Positions 26,214 to 34,741 of a stretch of 64,000 nucleotides of DNA are shown piece by piece; position 1 is the first letter of the stretch, and each line of letters opens with the position of its first letter. The translations under genes and the position numbers were made by a program. The stretch lies in NCBI GenBank assembly GCA_016203455.1, contig JACQMR010000009.1, forward strand, positions 6,524 to 70,523, written 5' to 3'. Source of the stretch: Candidatus Wildermuthbacteria bacterium. Its GTDB lineage: Bacteria > Patescibacteriota > Minisyncoccia > Minisyncoccales > UBA10102. Below the pieces are notes generated by a model. It was given only the letters and a program-made list of their open reading frames with translations, was not told the origin of the DNA and ran no database searches.

Positions 26214-26744
26214 ATGGGAAAGTCAATTTCTTCTCATTCAATAACTCATACAAAACGGATCGCGCAAAAGATCGCGGAGCGTTGCGCGGCACAAAAGCCC
26301 GGAAAGCGCGCCATGGTTATCGCGCTGGAGGGGGATCTGGGGGCGGGGAAGACCGCGTTCGCCCAGGGATTCGCCAAAGGCCTGGGCATTGCGGAAAAAG
26401 TGTTAAGCCCCACCTTTGTCATCATAAAATCCTACAAAATCCCCCTCTACGCTGGTCAGGGCAAGCACGCTACCCTTCCACGCTGGTCAGGGCAAGCAGG
26501 ATACAAACTTCTTTACCATTTGGATTGTTATCGTCTAAAATCCGGGGAAGACCTGGTTTCTTTGGGCTGGCAAGAGATTCTCAATAATCCCCAAGCAATT
26601 ATTATGCTTGAATGGGCGGATCGCGTAAAAAGCGTTTTGCCTCCTCGCGCGTATTGGGCCAGATTTTCTCATTCGCGTGAAGAAAGGAACGCGCGAACGC
26701 TTGCTTTGCGTTTTCCCGCCGTGTTTTTGAGAGATATATCCTAG
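26214..26744 (+). CDS. tsaE: tRNA t6A37 biosynthesis ATPase TsaE
   Basis: P-loop GDLGAGKTAF, SPTF and HLDCYRL motifs. It contains a ~20-aa insertion encoded by a 19-nt direct repeat. Confidence 0.85.
   Translation: MGKSISSHSITHTKRIAQKIAERCAAQKPGKRAMVIALEGDLGAGKTAFAQGFAKGLGIAEKVLSPTFVIIKSYKIPLYAGQGKHATLPRWSGQAGYKLLYHLDCYRLKSGEDLVSLGWQEILNNPQAIIMLEWADRVKSVLPPRAYWARFSHSREERNARTLALRFPAVFLRDIS
26449..26498 (+). repeat. 19-nt direct repeat inside tsaE
   Basis: acgctggtcagggcaagca occurs at 26449-26467 and 26480-26498, a 31-nt period. The two copies are therefore read in different frames. Confidence 0.9.
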
Positions 26745-26778
26745 ATACGAATGCAAAAAAGTGCGGTAAGATACACGC

Positions 26779-29025
26779 ATGGCGCAAGAAAGAGAAGAGA
26801 AAAAAGTTCTGCTGTTGCTGGACGCGAACTCCCTTATCCATAGGGCGTTTCACGCCCTGCCTCCTTTAACAACCTCCAAAGGCGTTATGGTGAACGCGGT
26901 GTACGGATTTTTGCTGGCGTTGTTTCGCGCCATAAAAGAGTTTAATCCCGACTATATAGCCGCCGCGTTTGATGTTCCTTCAAGCACCGAAGGAAGAAAG
27001 AAGAAATTTTTGCAGTATAAAGCGCAAAGAGAAAAAGCGCCGGACGAATTGTACGCGCAGATTCCGCTTGTGCAAGCCGCTCTTAAAGTTCTCCATATCC
27101 CCGTATTTGAGCAGGCGGGGTTTGAAGCGGACGATATTATCGCGACTATTTCTCGCGTTGCTCCTTTGCGGCAGGCGCACCCCCCGCTGGAGACCGTTAT
27201 AGCAACCGGAGACGCGGATGCTTTGCAACTGGTGAGCGGGCGCATAAAAGTATACGCTCTGCGAAAAGGGGTTCAGGACTCGGTATTATATGACGAAAAA
27301 GCGGTGCGGGAAAAATACGGCGCGGACCCGCGCCAGCTTGTAGATTGGAAAGGATTGCGCGGGGATCCTTCAGACAACATTCCCGGGGTTAAAGGGGTTG
27401 GAGAAAAAACAGCAACCCTGCTTATAGGAGAATTTGGATCGCTGGAAGATTTATATGTTGCATTGGAAGCGAGAACGGATATTCCGGGGATTTCTTTAAA
27501 ACTCAAACAGACATTGCTGGAGGGAAAAGAGTCCGCGTTTTTGAGCAGGGATCTGGCAACCATGAGCAAGGATGTGCCCCTGGATATTTCACTGCCGGAG
27601 CTTTCATGGCGGGGGTTTAACAAGAGCGAGGCGGAGGAATTTCTCCGGTCTTTTGAGTTTAAGACCCTTATCCCGCGGCTCGCGGAACTTTCCGGCGAAT
27701 CTTCGCAGACAGCGCGCGGCGGAGAGAAAGAAGCCATTATAAAAGAGAGCGTTCAGAGTCAGGCGGATCGTCTGCTGAAAGACGGCGTTCTTTCAGAGCA
27801 GATATATGAGCTGGAGATTGAGCTGGACCCGGTTTTGCGGCGCATGGAAGATATTGGCATCGCCATAGACCCTGTGTATTTTAGGGCGCTGGGAAAAGAG
27901 CTTGAGAAAGATATCGCGAAACTCCAGGACGATATTTTTAAAGATACGGGAGGGCCTTTTAATATCAGCTCTCCCAAACAGTTGTCCGAAGTGTTGTTTT
28001 CCCGTTTGGGCATTTCTCCAAAAGGTTTGCATAAGACCCCGGGGGGGGCGATTTCCACGGCATCTTCCGAATTGGAGAAGATTTCAGGCGAATCTCCGGC
28101 AATATCTCTGATTCTTTCATACAGGGAACTTGCCAAGCTTCTTACCACATATGTCGCGCCCCTGCCTTTGCTGGCCGATCCAAACAATAGAGTCCACACT
28201 TCGTTTGATCAGTTTGGCGCCGCGACGGGCCGCTTCTCGTCTTCCCGCCCGAATTTGCAGAACATTCCCATGCAGGGGCCTTGGGGAGAAAGGATCCGCA
28301 AGGGTTTCGTGGCGGCGCCCGGCTTTCAGCTGGTTTCATTTGATTATTCGCAAATGGAATTGCGCCTCGCGGCTCACATGGCGAACGAAGAAAAGATGAT
28401 AGAGGCGTTTGAACAAGGCAAGGACATCCACAAAGAAACCGCGGCGGCGGTGTTCGGGGTACCCGAAGCGCGCGTGGATAAAGAGATGAGAAGCAGGGCG
28501 AAAGCGCTGAATTTTGGAATTTTATACGGCATGGGCGCGCGGGGGTTCGCGAACTCCGCGAAGATTTCTTTGCAGGAAGCCCAGGAGTTTATGGACGGTT
28601 ATTTTCTCCAGTTTCCCGCGATTGCCGCGTATATGGAAGAGTCCGTTCGTTTCGCGAGAGAAAACGGGTTCGCGGAAACGCTGTTTGGGCGCAAGCGTTT
28701 TCTTCCGGATATTTATTCTTCCAGTCCCCATATCAGGGCCGCCGCGGAGCGGGTTGCCATAAACCACGGCATTCAAGGAACCGCCGCAGATATCATGAAG
28801 ATGGCCATGGTACTCGTTTCAAAGGCGCCGGGTTTGCTTGGCGGGCATTGCGAGATGGTTTTGCAGATTCACGATGAATTGTTGTTTGAAATATCCGATG
28901 ATATGATTCAAGAAAAGGCGGCCGTTATCAAAGAGATCATGGAGACCGCGCGTTCTTTTAAGGTGCGGCTGACCGTTCAGGCGTTTGCGGGGAAGAGCTG
29001 GGGAGAGCAGGCGCCTCTTATATGA
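26779..29025 (+). CDS. polA: DNA polymerase I
   Basis: A 5'-nuclease domain N-terminus and polymerase motifs DYSQMELR and QIHDEL. taagat (26767-26772) lies 6 nt before the ATG. Confidence 0.9.
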   Translation: MAQEREEKKVLLLLDANSLIHRAFHALPPLTTSKGVMVNAVYGFLLALFRAIKEFNPDYIAAAFDVPSSTEGRKKKFLQYKAQREKAPDELYAQIPLVQAALKVLHIPVFEQAGFEADDIIATISRVAPLRQAHPPLETVIATGDADALQLVSGRIKVYALRKGVQDSVLYDEKAVREKYGADPRQLVDWKGLRGDPSDNIPGVKGVGEKTATLLIGEFGSLEDLYVALEARTDIPGISLKLKQTLLEGKESAFLSRDLATMSKDVPLDISLPELSWRGFNKSEAEEFLRSFEFKTLIPRLAELSGESSQTARGGEKEAIIKESVQSQADRLLKDGVLSEQIYELEIELDPVLRRMEDIGIAIDPVYFRALGKELEKDIAKLQDDIFKDTGGPFNISSPKQLSEVLFSRLGISPKGLHKTPGGAISTASSELEKISGESPAISLILSYRELAKLLTTYVAPLPLLADPNNRVHTSFDQFGAATGRFSSSRPNLQNIPMQGPWGERIRKGFVAAPGFQLVSFDYSQMELRLAAHMANEEKMIEAFEQGKDIHKETAAAVFGVPEARVDKEMRSRAKALNFGILYGMGARGFANSAKISLQEAQEFMDGYFLQFPAIAAYMEESVRFARENGFAETLFGRKRFLPDIYSSSPHIRAAAERVAINHGIQGTAADIMKMAMVLVSKAPGLLGGHCEMVLQIHDELLFEISDDMIQEKAAVIKEIMETARSFKVRLTVQAFAGKSWGEQAPLI

Positions 29026-30113
29026 TATTTTCAAGGTTTTCCATTAATGGGGCGGTTAGGTTCACGGGGGCATTGCTTTTCCTGGCGTCTTTGGTTTCCA
29101 TTTATGTCGCTGTTTCATTCGCTCCGGTTGTCGCCCTGGCTTTTGTCGCGGGGGTGAATATTTTTGCGGTATCTTTTTTGGTTTTCAGCGTTACGCGCGG
29201 ATTTTTGTTGCCCTTGCGGGAGATAAGAAATCTTGTGGCCGGCGTAAAGAACGCGGGGTTCTCCGGACGCGTTAAAGAGCATGGATCAAGCGAAATGCGA
29301 GATCTTGCCAGGGCGTTCAACATAATGATGGCGAATGCCGCGGAAGCTCAAGAGAAAGAGCGGGAGATTGAACGAATGAAAACGGAATTTGTGTCTTTGG
29401 CCGCGCATCAATTGAGAAACCCGCTTTCGGTGATCCGGTGGACCCTTCAGGTCATGCTTGAGGGAGATTACGGGCCCGTGCCCAAAAAACAACGGGAGCT
29501 TTTGCAAAAAACCTTTGAATCAAACGAATCCATGATTCGTCTTATTAATGACTTGCTGGATGTGAGCAGGATTGAGGAGGGGAGATATTTATATGAGCCG
29601 GCGTTTAAAGATATCGTCGCGGTCGTGAACTCCATGGCGGATAAGTATAAAGAGGAGGCGGAGCGCCGGGGCGTGGCTTTGTTGGTGCAAGAAGTTTCTG
29701 GCGGGGTTCCTTTGGTGTACATAGACGAAGAAAAAATCCGGCTCGCCATTCAAAATCTTCTTGAGAACGCTCTTCGGTATACCCCGCGAGGCGGGCGGGT
29801 GACAATAGAGCTTTCGCATGATACAAAAGAAGTGCGGGTAGCGGTGCGAGATACCGGCATGGGAATACCCGAATCCCAGCAGAGGCGGGTGTTTCAGAAA
29901 TTTTTCAGAGCCACAAACGCGAAAAGCTTGGATAGCGAGGGATCCGGCCTGGGATTGTATCTGGTAAAGAATATCATTCAGGCGCACGGAGGGAGCGTGG
30001 AATTCCAAACCCAAGAAGGCAAAGGTTCGGTATTCACTTTGCGAGTTCCCCTAGGGAAGATTGAAAGCGCGCCCGATGCCGCCGGGATCCGCGGTATTTC
30101 AAAGGGGGCATAG
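29022..30113 (+). CDS. Sensor histidine kinase (2 TM, HAMP, HisKA, HATPase)
   Basis: H-box SLAAHQLRNPLS, N-box NLLENALRYT, G-box DTGMGI and GSGLGL. Confidence 0.85.
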   Translation: MIFSRFSINGAVRFTGALLFLASLVSIYVAVSFAPVVALAFVAGVNIFAVSFLVFSVTRGFLLPLREIRNLVAGVKNAGFSGRVKEHGSSEMRDLARAFNIMMANAAEAQEKEREIERMKTEFVSLAAHQLRNPLSVIRWTLQVMLEGDYGPVPKKQRELLQKTFESNESMIRLINDLLDVSRIEEGRYLYEPAFKDIVAVVNSMADKYKEEAERRGVALLVQEVSGGVPLVYIDEEKIRLAIQNLLENALRYTPRGGRVTIELSHDTKEVRVAVRDTGMGIPESQQRRVFQKFFRATNAKSLDSEGSGLGLYLVKNIIQAHGGSVEFQTQEGKGSVFTLRVPLGKIESAPDAAGIRGISKGA

Positions 30114-30133
30114 CAGTAATTTTTTTATCACGC

Positions 30134-30526
30134 ATGGCAAAAATTCTCATTATTGAAGACGATAAATTTCTTCGGGAGCTTATTTCGCAAAAAGTGGCGC
30201 GCGAGGGGTATGAGGTGCTTGACGCGGTTGACGGAGAGTCGGGTTTAAAGATGGCGCAAGCGGAAAGCCCGGATCTTATTTTGCTGGATCTGATTCTTCC
30301 GGGCATGGACGGATTTGAGGTGCTATCGCGAATCAAAGGAGACGAGAAGACGGGGAAAGTTCCCGTGGTTATCATTTCAAACCTGGGGCAAAAAGACGAT
30401 GTTGACAAAGGCATGGCCATGGGAGCCGCCGATTACCTTATTAAGGCGCATTTTACGCCCGGGGAGATCGTAGAGAAAATTGCCTCTGTTCTTTCTTCCG
30501 GCAAGGATTCTGCGGCGGCGGCATAA
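30134..30526 (+). CDS. Stand-alone response-regulator receiver domain
   Basis: KILIIEDD...LILLDLILPGMDG...ISNLG...K pattern. 130 aa with no output domain. Confidence 0.85.
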   Translation: MAKILIIEDDKFLRELISQKVAREGYEVLDAVDGESGLKMAQAESPDLILLDLILPGMDGFEVLSRIKGDEKTGKVPVVIISNLGQKDDVDKGMAMGAADYLIKAHFTPGEIVEKIASVLSSGKDSAAAA

Positions 30527-30543
30527 GCGCGTCTTTTTTGCGC

Positions 30544-31485
30544 ATGATCTATTTTTTGCACGGCGAGGAGCCATTTTTTGTGAAGAGGCGCGCGGAGGAT
30601 CTGCGGCGCGAGTTTCAAAAAGATTGCGCGATTGAGGATGTCATGTGCTCTGACGCAAACGCGGCCGAATCTTTGGAGAAGATTTTCGCGCCTGTTTTGT
30701 TTCCAAGAAAAACCGCGTATATTTTTTTGAATATTTTTTCATCCGATAGTTTTCTGCGGGCTGTTGAGGCGCGGCTCCCCGCTTTCGCGAAAGACGCGGC
30801 CAATCATTTTGTATTTATACAGGAGGGCGCGCCTGGTTCCGAATCCCGGACGGCGGCGGATTTCTTGCGAGCGCGCGGCAGAGAGGAAATATTCCCCCGT
30901 TTATCTCCGCGAGATGTTGGTATTTGGGCAAAGAAGGAGGTTGAACGGCTTGGCGGGTCTATTGGTCCGGCCGCGGTTTTTGAGCTTGTTTCCCGATCTT
31001 CCGGAGATATGTGGCGGCTTTCCCAAGAAATTCAAAAATTGACCGCGTTCGCTTTCGGAAAAGAAATTTCTCGGGAGGACGTTCTTTTATTCGTGCGAGA
31101 GGACGCGGACCCCGATATATTTAAAATGCTGGATGCCGCGGCGGGAGGCATGAAAAACGAGGCGCTTGCCATGGCGGCGCGGCGTCTCGCGAACGGAGAA
31201 GCGCCCCTGTATTTGTTTTCGCGCATTTCCGGGCAGGCGCGGCTTATGATGCTCGTGAAAGACGCGCAAGACCGGGGCGTTCCAAGCTCCAAGATAGCCG
31301 GCCTGCTTTCTTTGCATCCGTTCGCGGCAAAAAAGGCGCAAGCCGCTTGCGCGCGCGTCTCGTCCTCCGCTCTGCGGGAACTGTATAAAAAGGTGTTTTC
31401 TTTAGATATCGCGCTTAAGACCGGCAAAGGAGATCCGGAGCATCTGCTCTATCTTTTCGCGGGCCAGATAGCGGGCATGAGATAA
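30544..31485 (+). CDS. holA: DNA polymerase III delta subunit (HolA-like)
   Basis: MIYFLHGEEPFFV N-terminus. Size and helical C-terminus are typical of the delta subunit. The assignment rests on weak motifs. Confidence 0.55.
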   Translation: MIYFLHGEEPFFVKRRAEDLRREFQKDCAIEDVMCSDANAAESLEKIFAPVLFPRKTAYIFLNIFSSDSFLRAVEARLPAFAKDAANHFVFIQEGAPGSESRTAADFLRARGREEIFPRLSPRDVGIWAKKEVERLGGSIGPAAVFELVSRSSGDMWRLSQEIQKLTAFAFGKEISREDVLLFVREDADPDIFKMLDAAAGGMKNEALAMAARRLANGEAPLYLFSRISGQARLMMLVKDAQDRGVPSSKIAGLLSLHPFAAKKAQAACARVSSSALRELYKKVFSLDIALKTGKGDPEHLLYLFAGQIAGMR

Positions 31486-31499
31486 GAAAAACGAAGGAG

Positions 31500-31766
31500 T
31501 TATCCTTCGTTTTTCTTTAAGAGTTTCGCGATCCTGGATTTGTTTCGGGAGGCGGTATTTTTTTTGATTATCCCCGCCTTTGCCCCTTTATCCAGGGCCT
31601 GCTGGAGTTGCGGCAAAAGTTTTTGAGCTTCTCCGGTCTTTTTCGCGGCAACAAGTTTTTTCACCTCTTTGAGGAGGGTTTTTACCGCGTCTTTTCTTTT
31701 GATGTTGCGGATTTTTCGCCTGATGCTTTGCCGAGCCGCTTTCTTGGCGGATTTTGTGATTGCCAT
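31500..31766 (-). CDS. rpsT: 30S ribosomal protein S20
   Basis: MAITKSAKKAARQSIRRKIRNIKRK from the internal ATG of ORF 31500-31790. Confidence 0.9.
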   Translation of the reverse strand: MAITKSAKKAARQSIRRKIRNIKRKDAVKTLLKEVKKLVAAKKTGEAQKLLPQLQQALDKGAKAGIIKKNTASRNKSRIAKLLKKNEG

Positions 31767-31779
31767 AATGGTATAGATA

Positions 31780-33735
31780 CTATGTATCACGCTTCCTGTT
31801 TTTAATCAAGTCGCGGATGGTCGCGGCCCGTTCAAAATCCAGATTTTTAGCGGCTGTTTTCATTTCTTTTTCAAGAATCGCGATGTCTTGCAGGGGGCCG
31901 AATTCAATTGATATTTCCTCCGGCTTTTTCCCGACAGTCCATTCCCGTATGTCTTTAACGATCGCCGAAGGGACAATGCCGTGTTGTGTGTTGTACGCTT
32001 CCTGGATGCGTCTCCGCCGCGCTATTTCGGCAAGCGCGTTTTTCATGGATGTCGTTTCTTTGTCCGCATACAGAATGACTTTGCCGTATTCATGCCGAGC
32101 CGCCCTTCCCATGGTTTGGATAAGCATGGTGGCGTTGCGCAGAAAACCTTCTTTGTCCGCGTCCAATATGGCGACAAGAGATACTTCGGGCAGATCCAGG
32201 CCTTCGCGCAAGAGATTGACCCCAACCAGAGCATCTACCGTTCCTTTGCGCAGGTCCTGAAGAATAGAGGGACGGTCAAGCGTTTTTACCTCTGAATGAA
32301 GCCAGTGCGTTTTTACGCCTCGCTCTGAAAGAAATTCGGCTATATCTTCCGCGAGCCGTTTTGTGAGCGCCACAACCAGGGCCCGCCGGCCGTGTTTTTT
32401 GAGAGCTTGGATTTCCCGCAAGACATCTTGCATTTGATTTTTTAAGGGGCGCACTTGGATTTCCGGTTCCAAAAGTCCGGTAGGGCGCACCAATTGTTCT
32501 ATGATAAAATCCCGCCCGCCTTCTTTGAGCGCGAGATCTTGTTCAAATTCTCCGGGGGTTGCCGAAACGGAAATTCGTTTCGGGGTTTTTTCCAGAAATT
32601 CCCGGAATGTAAGGGGCCTGTTGTCTATGGCGGAGGGAAGACGGAATCCATGTTCCACGAGAGATGTTTTGCGTACTTTGTCTTGGACGGACATTGCCCT
32701 GGCTTGAGAGAATGTGAGATGGCTTTCGTCCAGGAACACCAGGAAGTCCTTGGGGAAGTAATCAAGAAGCGTGAATGGGGCCTGATCTGTCTCCCTGAAA
32801 TCCAGATGCCGAGAGTAGTTTTCAATGCCGTGGCAATATCCTGTTTCCTCAATCATTTCCATGTCGTAATTTGTGCGCTGTTCAAGACGCGAGGCCTCCG
32901 GCAGTTTGCCCTGTTTTTTTAATTCCGCGAGCCGTTCTTCAAGCTCGGCGCGGATATTTTGCAAAGCGATTTTCAGCTTGTCTTCCGCGGCAACCCAGAA
33001 TTTGGCGGGGAATAGTCGGTAGTTTGTAGTTTTTAGTTTGTAGATTGGAGAGAGGGGGTCTTGCGCCGTGGAGACGGATTCAATATGGTCTCCGTCAAAC
33101 TCAATTCTTACCAGTTCTTTGCCGGTTACAAGGAATATCTCAACAATATTTCCGCGCACTCTAAACGATCCGGGCGCGAACTCAACATCATTCCGCACAT
33201 ACTGGAGTTGCGTCAGGGAGCGGAGAAAATCTTTTCGCGTTGCGCGCTGGCCCGGAGAAACGCGCAGAGAAACTTTTTGGTATTCCTCCGGATTCCCAAT
33301 ATTGTAAATACAGGATATGGAGGCGACAACGATGATATCTTTGCGGGAGATCAGGTCTTGCACGGCTTCGTGGCGCAGGCGGTCAATGGTTTCGTTGATC
33401 TTGGAGTCCTTTTCTATATAGGTGTCTGTTTTTGAGATATATGCTTCCGGCTGATAATAGTCGTAGTATGAAACGAAATAATGGACTCCGTTATTCGGGA
33501 AAAACTCTTTAAATTCCTGGTAGAGTTGAGCGGCAAGAGTTTTATTCGGAGAGATAACAAGCGCGGGTCTTTGGAGTTTTTCAATGACATTTGAGATGGT
33601 GAAGGTTTTTCCGCTTCCGGTTACGCCCAAAAGCACCATGTCTTTTGCTCCTTTTTGAATGTTTGCCGCGAGTTTTTCTATCGCCTGGGGCTGGTCTCCC
33701 GTTGGTTTAAATTTTGATACGAGGCGGAAATCCAT
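31780..33735 (-). CDS. uvrB: Excinuclease ABC subunit B
   Basis: MDFRLVSKFKPTGDQPQAI start, Walker A GVTGSGKTFT, DESH box, C-terminal UVR motif. The ORF extends upstream to 33867 across a structured repeat, which is probably not coding. Confidence 0.9.
   Translation of the reverse strand: MDFRLVSKFKPTGDQPQAIEKLAANIQKGAKDMVLLGVTGSGKTFTISNVIEKLQRPALVISPNKTLAAQLYQEFKEFFPNNGVHYFVSYYDYYQPEAYISKTDTYIEKDSKINETIDRLRHEAVQDLISRKDIIVVASISCIYNIGNPEEYQKVSLRVSPGQRATRKDFLRSLTQLQYVRNDVEFAPGSFRVRGNIVEIFLVTGKELVRIEFDGDHIESVSTAQDPLSPIYKLKTTNYRLFPAKFWVAAEDKLKIALQNIRAELEERLAELKKQGKLPEASRLEQRTNYDMEMIEETGYCHGIENYSRHLDFRETDQAPFTLLDYFPKDFLVFLDESHLTFSQARAMSVQDKVRKTSLVEHGFRLPSAIDNRPLTFREFLEKTPKRISVSATPGEFEQDLALKEGGRDFIIEQLVRPTGLLEPEIQVRPLKNQMQDVLREIQALKKHGRRALVVALTKRLAEDIAEFLSERGVKTHWLHSEVKTLDRPSILQDLRKGTVDALVGVNLLREGLDLPEVSLVAILDADKEGFLRNATMLIQTMGRAARHEYGKVILYADKETTSMKNALAEIARRRRIQEAYNTQHGIVPSAIVKDIREWTVGKKPEEISIEFGPLQDIAILEKEMKTAAKNLDFERAATIRDLIKNRKRDT
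33018..33046 (-). repeat. TACAAA-word repeat in-frame within uvrB
   Basis: The complement reads aatctacaaactaaaaactacaaactacc and encodes IYKLKTTNYRL. Confidence 0.7.
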
Positions 33736-33786
33736 GTTTATGGCATCAATGTGTTCAAGTTTATGTAATCGTTTTGATCCCTGGGT

Positions 33787-33968
33787 TTTCTTCCATTCCC
33801 CCTCTCCAGAACCGCTTGTCCCCGCCTCCGGCGGGCGGGGCAAGCCCCGACGAGTATATCGGGGCAAGCTTGGCTCTCGCCCCGAGGACCCCTTCGTCGT
33901 CGCTCCTCCTCAGGGGGCCAAGCTCCTCGGGACTCCGAGGCATTCTTTGAGATGGGGAATGGAAGAAA
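33787..33968. repeat. GC-rich structured element R3 closed by a perfect 16-bp inverted repeat
   Basis: ttttcttccattcccc (33787-33802) versus ggggaatggaagaaaa (33953-33968). Internal hairpins are ccccga/tcgggg, cctcgg/ccgagg, and cttgtccccgcc/ggcggggcaag. Confidence 0.75.
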
Positions 33969-34019
33969 ACCTGCCGTAAGCAACGCGTGCGGTTTTTGCA
34001 TTTGTGGTACAATGCGGGT

Positions 34020-34577
34020 ATGATTTCGTATATCAAAGGAAAGGTTATTGCCAAAGGTTCTGATTATATCATAACAGAGGCGGGAGGCATAGGGTACAAG
34101 GTGTTTGTTTCCGGGATGTTTCTTGTGAAAATGACATTGGGAAAAGAGATAGAGGCATATTGTCATCTTCATATCAGGCAGGAAGAAACATTGGAGCTCT
34201 ATGGAGTGGAAAGCGCGGAAGCGCTGGAGTTATTTGAACTTTTACGGGGTATTTCCGGCATAGGGCCAAAAGTTGCCTTGGCGATTTCTTCGCTTGGGAA
34301 CAGAGGCCAGCTGGAGCGCGCGGTGAAAGAGGGAAACGAAAAGTTTTTTGCCGGGGTCAGGGGGATCGGGCAAAAGCGCCTGCAAAAAATCATGCTGGAG
34401 CTCACGGGGTCTTTTAGGCGCGCGGTATCGCCCAAACAAGAGGAAGATGAAGCGGTGGATGCTTTGGCGGCGCTTGGATTTACCAGGCAAAAGGCCCGGG
34501 ATGCCTTGTCAAAAATAGGGTCAAGCATAGAGACCGCCGAAGAACGGGTAAAAGCCGCGCTAAGACACATTCAATAA
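34020..34577 (+). CDS. ruvA: Holliday junction DNA helicase RuvA
   Basis: MISYIKGKV start and HhH GISGIGPKVA. TGgTACAAT (34005-34013) lies 6 nt before the ATG. Confidence 0.9.
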   Translation: MISYIKGKVIAKGSDYIITEAGGIGYKVFVSGMFLVKMTLGKEIEAYCHLHIRQEETLELYGVESAEALELFELLRGISGIGPKVALAISSLGNRGQLERAVKEGNEKFFAGVRGIGQKRLQKIMLELTGSFRRAVSPKQEEDEAVDALAALGFTRQKARDALSKIGSSIETAEERVKAALRHIQ

Positions 34578-34583
34578 AATACC

Positions 34584-34730
34584 ATGTTGCCATTCGCGTT
34601 TGTTTCCGCGGTTTCCGGAGCCGCGTCGCTGTTCCTGGGGGCTCATCAGGGGATGATGGAGCCCATTACGGGCGCTTTATGCGCGCTGTGTTTTTGCGGG
34701 GCCGTGGTTATGCAGACGCTGGATTCTTGA
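34584..34730 (+). CDS. Possible 48-aa hydrophobic peptide
   Basis: Hand translation gives MLPFAFVSAVSGAASLFLGAHQGMMEPITGALCALCFCGAVVMQTLDS. No clear RBS. Confidence 0.25.
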   Translation: MLPFAFVSAVSGAASLFLGAHQGMMEPITGALCALCFCGAVVMQTLDS

Positions 34731-34741
34731 AACAGCAGAGT

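Noticed and set aside
33736-33867. 44-codon N-terminal extension of the uvrB ORF (MPRYTRRGLPRPPEAG...)
   Set aside because: The extension runs through the GC-rich palindromic element R3. The conserved UvrB N-terminus starts at MDFRLVSKFKPTGDQ (33735).
33840-33900. Hammerhead-like CUGAGGA...GAA on the minus strand of R3
   Set aside because: The 11 nt between the two core segments cannot form stem II, and no stem I/III partners are evident.
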